Source: Candidatus Omnitrophota bacterium (GTDB lineage: Bacteria > Omnitrophota > Gorgyraeia > Zapsychrales > Fredricksoniimonadaceae). Taken from it: a stretch of DNA of 64,000 nt. The notes below the pieces were generated by a model. That model searched no databases. It was not told the origin of the DNA and saw only the letters and a program-made list of their open reading frames with translations. Position 1 is the first letter of the stretch; each line of letters begins with the position of its first letter. This document shows positions 60,644 to 64,000 of the stretch, piece after piece. The stretch covers positions 130,100-194,099 of the forward strand of contig CAIOPG010000007.1 of assembly GCA_903860135.1 (NCBI GenBank). Direction: 5' to 3'. Both the position numbers and the translations under genes were made by a program.

Positions 60644-61854
60644 ACAACAGGTATGCCATGCGGACAAGATCCGGCATTGAAGAAAATGAGGAAAAGTTTC
60701 TGGCACCTTACGCGATGCGGGCGTCAGGTTCCTGGGGGCGCCAGTTTCTCGAGGCGGAACATATCAGCCGGACATGTTTTCAGCGTGATCGCGACCGGGT
60801 GGTGCATTCGGAGGCTTTTCGTAAACTGGAATACAAAACGCAGGTATTTGTTGTTTTTGATAATGATTATTACCGCACGCGCCTGACGCACACCCTAGAA
60901 GTGGCTCAACTGGCGCGCAGCATTGGGCGTAATCTTTGTCTTAATGAGGATCTCATCGAGGCGGTTGCTCTGGCGCATGACCTGGGTCATTCGCCTTTCG
61001 GGCACGCGGGGGAAGATGTTCTTGACCAGCGGCTGAAGAAAGTAGGTCTCGACGGCTTCAATCATAATCAGCGCAGTTTTGACATTGTGACCAAGTTTGA
61101 AAAACGTTATCCGGCTTTTGACGGGCTTAATCTTACCGTCGAGGTTCTTGTCGGCATGCTCAAACACGAAACTCTTTATGACAAGATCGCCGGGACAAGC
61201 GTTATCGGGGATATGGATTTTGCGTGCAAGCTGAAAGAACGACCGTGTTCGCTCGAGGCGCAGGTGGTGGATAAGGCAGATTCGCTGGCTTATTTGAATC
61301 ATGATGTTGATGACGGGCTTACGTCGGGATGTATCCATGCGGAGGATCTTGCCGTTAGTGCGTTGTGGCGTCGCGCGGTCGAACAGATTAGCCGACCAGG
61401 ATTGAGTGATACGGACCCCATGTTCAAGTATCAGGTGGTGCGTGCTTTGATTGACATGCAGGTCAGGGATCTGCTCGAAGCAACAGCGGCAAGGCTGGAC
61501 GCTGTTGGTCCCAGCTCACTTGAAGCGTTTGCCAAAGATGCTGAAAAGGGCATGGTTAACTTTTCCGAGGCCATGTCCCGCGAGCGGCAGGAATTGCAGG
61601 ATATTATTTTTGAAAAGGTTTATCACCACTGGCGTGTGGAGCGCATGACATCTAAAGCCCGGAGGATCTTAAACGAGCTCTTTGATGTGTATCTGGACAA
61701 TCCCAGGCAATTGCCGTATGATATTTTTGATAGATCACGTTCTTTCTCCGAGAAGGAACTGTATGGTATTATTTGCAACTATATTGCAGCAATGACGGAT
61801 AGGGCGGCACTGGATGAGTATAAACGACTGTTCGAACCTTACAAAAAAGTATAA
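60640..61854 (+). CDS. dgt: deoxyguanosinetriphosphate triphosphohydrolase
   Basis: FQRDRDRVVHSEAFRKLEYKTQV, RTRLTHTLEV, AHDLGHSPFGHAGE, HDVDDG, AMTDRAA. Confidence 0.93.
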   Translation: MNNRYAMRTRSGIEENEEKFLAPYAMRASGSWGRQFLEAEHISRTCFQRDRDRVVHSEAFRKLEYKTQVFVVFDNDYYRTRLTHTLEVAQLARSIGRNLCLNEDLIEAVALAHDLGHSPFGHAGEDVLDQRLKKVGLDGFNHNQRSFDIVTKFEKRYPAFDGLNLTVEVLVGMLKHETLYDKIAGTSVIGDMDFACKLKERPCSLEAQVVDKADSLAYLNHDVDDGLTSGCIHAEDLAVSALWRRAVEQISRPGLSDTDPMFKYQVVRALIDMQVRDLLEATAARLDAVGPSSLEAFAKDAEKGMVNFSEAMSRERQELQDIIFEKVYHHWRVERMTSKARRILNELFDVYLDNPRQLPYDIFDRSRSFSEKELYGIICNYIAAMTDRAALDEYKRLFEPYKKV

Positions 61855-62884
61855 GCAGATCATCTCGGCGGTGCACATTGTTTACCGCTTGGTGAACTCG
61901 ACGCCGAATCTTAAGGAGCTTTCGCTTCGGCTGACGCGTCTTCTGTGCCAGTTCATCAAGGCGTCGTCGGCCGATATTTATTTGCTTGCACCGGACTGCC
62001 GGAAGCTCGTGATGATCGCGGCTTTCAACAATCAGATCAACTATATTGTCACCAAGGCCGCTGATCTTAAGAAGGTGTCTGCACGCGAAATGGGGGTCAC
62101 GCAGGGAGCATCTATTTTTGATCCGCGCATCATGGGGATGCCGCTGATCACAGATGAATGCATTGGTGCTATTATCATTAAGCGTAAGCCTGGCGAACCC
62201 CCTTTTGACGATTATGACCGCGAGATGTTTACGATCTTTGCTGAACAGTCCGTGACGGCCATAAAGAATCTCCAGTATTCGGAGCAGCAGCAAAAAATAC
62301 TGCTGGAAACGATGAAGCTTGTGCGTACGCTCCTCGAGAAACAGGGGGCGAGCTACCGTTCTCATAGTCCTGTTTATTTCAAGATCGTTAAAGCCATTGC
62401 CCAGGCGTTCCGTATGGATGCCGGGAGCATCAATAATCTATATTATGCCAGCATCCTGCATAATGTGGGGGCGGTGGATATTCCGTTTCAAATCCTGAAG
62501 AAAAAGAAACAGTTGTCGGCCGAGGAATTCAAAATTATCCGTGACTTGCCGCATAAAAGCGCGGAGTTTATCAAGCCGATCGAATTCCTTAAACCTATTC
62601 TTCCTATTGTTCTTTCCTTACACGAGAAATATGATGGGACAGGTTATCCCTCGGGCCTGAAAAAAGACCAGATACCGCTGGGGGCGCGGATCATGGCTGT
62701 TGTGGATGCTTTTGAAAGCATGGTGCAGGGACGCCCCTACCGCAAACGGGTCGCCGTCGACGTAGCCCTGCGGGAGGTTGCCTGTCACAGCGGTACGCAG
62801 TTCGATCCGGCTGTCGTGGCGATGTTCTTTAAATTGTCCCGGCAAAAAAAGATCAAAAACCTCTTGAGTGCAGCCCGTCAATAA
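61814..62884 (+). CDS. GAF + degenerate HD-GYP domain protein
   Basis: GAF-like N-terminal half; HEKYDGTGYP, IPLGARI, RPYRK, GTQFDP; HD replaced by HN. Confidence 0.85.
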   Translation: MSINDCSNLTKKYKQIISAVHIVYRLVNSTPNLKELSLRLTRLLCQFIKASSADIYLLAPDCRKLVMIAAFNNQINYIVTKAADLKKVSAREMGVTQGASIFDPRIMGMPLITDECIGAIIIKRKPGEPPFDDYDREMFTIFAEQSVTAIKNLQYSEQQQKILLETMKLVRTLLEKQGASYRSHSPVYFKIVKAIAQAFRMDAGSINNLYYASILHNVGAVDIPFQILKKKKQLSAEEFKIIRDLPHKSAEFIKPIEFLKPILPIVLSLHEKYDGTGYPSGLKKDQIPLGARIMAVVDAFESMVQGRPYRKRVAVDVALREVACHSGTQFDPAVVAMFFKLSRQKKIKNLLSAARQ

Positions 62885-62902
62885 AACTATAATTAAGAAA
62901 TT

Positions 62903-63532
62903 ATGAATATTAACTATAAAGAATCCCAGGTTGATTTTCTTTCTCTGTCAGAAGGACGGTCGGATGACGCTATTCGTCCGCGTTACATGGCCGCCAGGAT
63001 AAGCCTGTCTCTGGAAAATCTTGTAATTTTAGCGATTGCAGCTATAATGTTTCTCATCTTTTCTTTTGCTTTGGGGATCGAACGCGGGAAAAGGACCACT
63101 TCAACGGTTTCTTATCCGATTGCTTCCGGGTTTGTCCCAGCTTCTGTTAAAGAAGCTGATCCGGCGGTGGTCGGCAGTGTCATTGGGGTGGCGGATGAAG
63201 CTCCAAGGGGCAAGGCGCAGACTAGTTCTTCGCGGGTGATCAATAAGGTCGTTGTTCCCCCTGTTGAAGTAAAGAAGTCTCCGGTTGAAACGGGGGCAAG
63301 TGGTGTTACGGGCGGCGCATATACCCTTCAAGTCGCCAGTTACAAGAATACTCAGCCTGCTCAGCGGGAGGCGGACAAGCTTAAGCAGAAGGGTTTCCGT
63401 GATGTGTATGTCCTCCCGAAGGGGGCGTATGTCATTGTTTGCGTCGGGAATTTTACCAGGAAAGAAGATGCCTCTAGCGTAAAAAGGCAGTTAAAGAATC
63501 GTTATCAGGATTTTGTCATTAGGAGATTATAA
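62903..63532 (+). CDS. SPOR-domain bitopic membrane protein
   Basis: TM helix ending FALGIERGK; C-terminal YTLQVASYK...A...LKQKG...CVGNF. Confidence 0.8.
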   Translation: MNINYKESQVDFLSLSEGRSDDAIRPRYMAARISLSLENLVILAIAAIMFLIFSFALGIERGKRTTSTVSYPIASGFVPASVKEADPAVVGSVIGVADEAPRGKAQTSSSRVINKVVVPPVEVKKSPVETGASGVTGGAYTLQVASYKNTQPAQREADKLKQKGFRDVYVLPKGAYVIVCVGNFTRKEDASSVKRQLKNRYQDFVIRRL

Positions 63533-63533
63533 C

Positions 63534-63791
63534 ATGTCGTTACATCCATCGCTTCGTGTTGACAAAGCCGGTGCTGCGCAGAGATCGGTGCTTACGCGTA
63601 TCGAGCGTATCAAGGAGATCATGAAAAAAGGGCAGTGGACGGATGAGAGTTCCGTTGTCAATCTACCCAAGGTCAAGAAATTGCGTGTTAAAGCTGGCAA
63701 GAAGAAGGCCAAGGAAGCTGCTGCGGGCGATGCGGCCAAGCCAGGCGCTAAACCTGCTGCGGGTGCTGGTAAAACAGCCGCGAAGAAATAA
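63534..63791 (+). CDS. PVC-superphylum small basic (signature) protein, TIGR04137-like
   Basis: MSLHPSL...RSVLTRIERI...GQW...SVVNLPKVK followed by a K/A-rich tail. Confidence 0.8.
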   Translation: MSLHPSLRVDKAGAAQRSVLTRIERIKEIMKKGQWTDESSVVNLPKVKKLRVKAGKKKAKEAAAGDAAKPGAKPAAGAGKTAAKK

Positions 63792-63813
63792 TATTATTCG
63801 GTAAGTTAATACC

Positions 63814-64000
63814 ATGATCTTACGTGTCGTTGCATCATTTGTTTTGGTGTGTTTTACCCTGATCGAGCCTGCGTTTGCGCAGGCTCGATTTCCTTTTACG
63901 GGACGGGTCAAGGCTGACCGGGTCCATGTGCGCGCTGGGCAGAGCAACAATTATGAAGAAATAGCTGTTCTCAACAAGAATGCGGATGTCGTTGTCCTTG
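63814..64000 (+). CDS. secreted SH3b-domain protein, N-terminal part (truncated by window end)
   Basis: Hand translation MILRVVASFVLVCFTLIEPAFAQARFPFTGRVKADRVHVRAGQSNNYEEIAVLNKNADVVVL: signal peptide plus SH3-like VHVRAG. Confidence 0.7.
   Translation, partial: MILRVVASFVLVCFTLIEPAFAQARFPFTGRVKADRVHVRAGQSNNYEEIAVLNKNADVVVL

Noticed and set aside
60640-61854. dGTPase as a stand-alone antiphage gene
   Set aside because: Length and motifs match the widespread housekeeping Dgt type; no defence-island context

Overview
64 kb of a bacterial chromosome with every credible gene on the + strand. It is most likely from the PVC superphylum, probably Ca. Omnitrophota. This is inferred from the PVC small basic signature protein at 63534, the absence of rpmD, and a 909-aa protein whose terminal domains I recall from Omnitrophota hypothetical proteins; no database search was run. 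Gene order: proA (end), nadD, phosphoglucomutase, AAA+/DUF4143 ATPase, plsC, then an accessory-looking block (909-aa modular protein, mnmD, vapBC), rpsA and tyrS. A ~34 kb translation/transcription super-operon follows (tRNA-Thr, rpmG, tRNA-Trp, secE, nusG, rplKAJL, rpoBC, str, S10, spc, alpha), extended by an aminotransferase, pilT and icd and closed by a terminator at ~45.2 kb. The rest is a mixed metabolic/envelope run: lipB, stand-alone lipoyl domain, glycolipid GT/acyltransferase/GT2, TonB-like, DUF1844, Trm112, pepP, efp, accBC, asp23/amaP, divergent pfkA, gmhA, hldC, thiD2/thiE, tRNA-Gly, nlpD-like, ATPase, phosphoesterase, dGTPase, degenerate HD-GYP, SPOR, PVC signature protein and a partial SH3 protein. 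The best novelty candidate is the 909-aa exported 'conserved chassis + AT-rich exchangeable cargo + GGIDL tail' protein at 4244-6973. Also notable: an active-site-altered PfkA next to heptose genes, a 59-nt rpoC/rpsL overlap, a tRNA-Trp with a 4-bp anticodon stem, structured r-protein spacers, and leaderless promoters with operators. No CRISPR, rRNA, integrase or transposase was seen.
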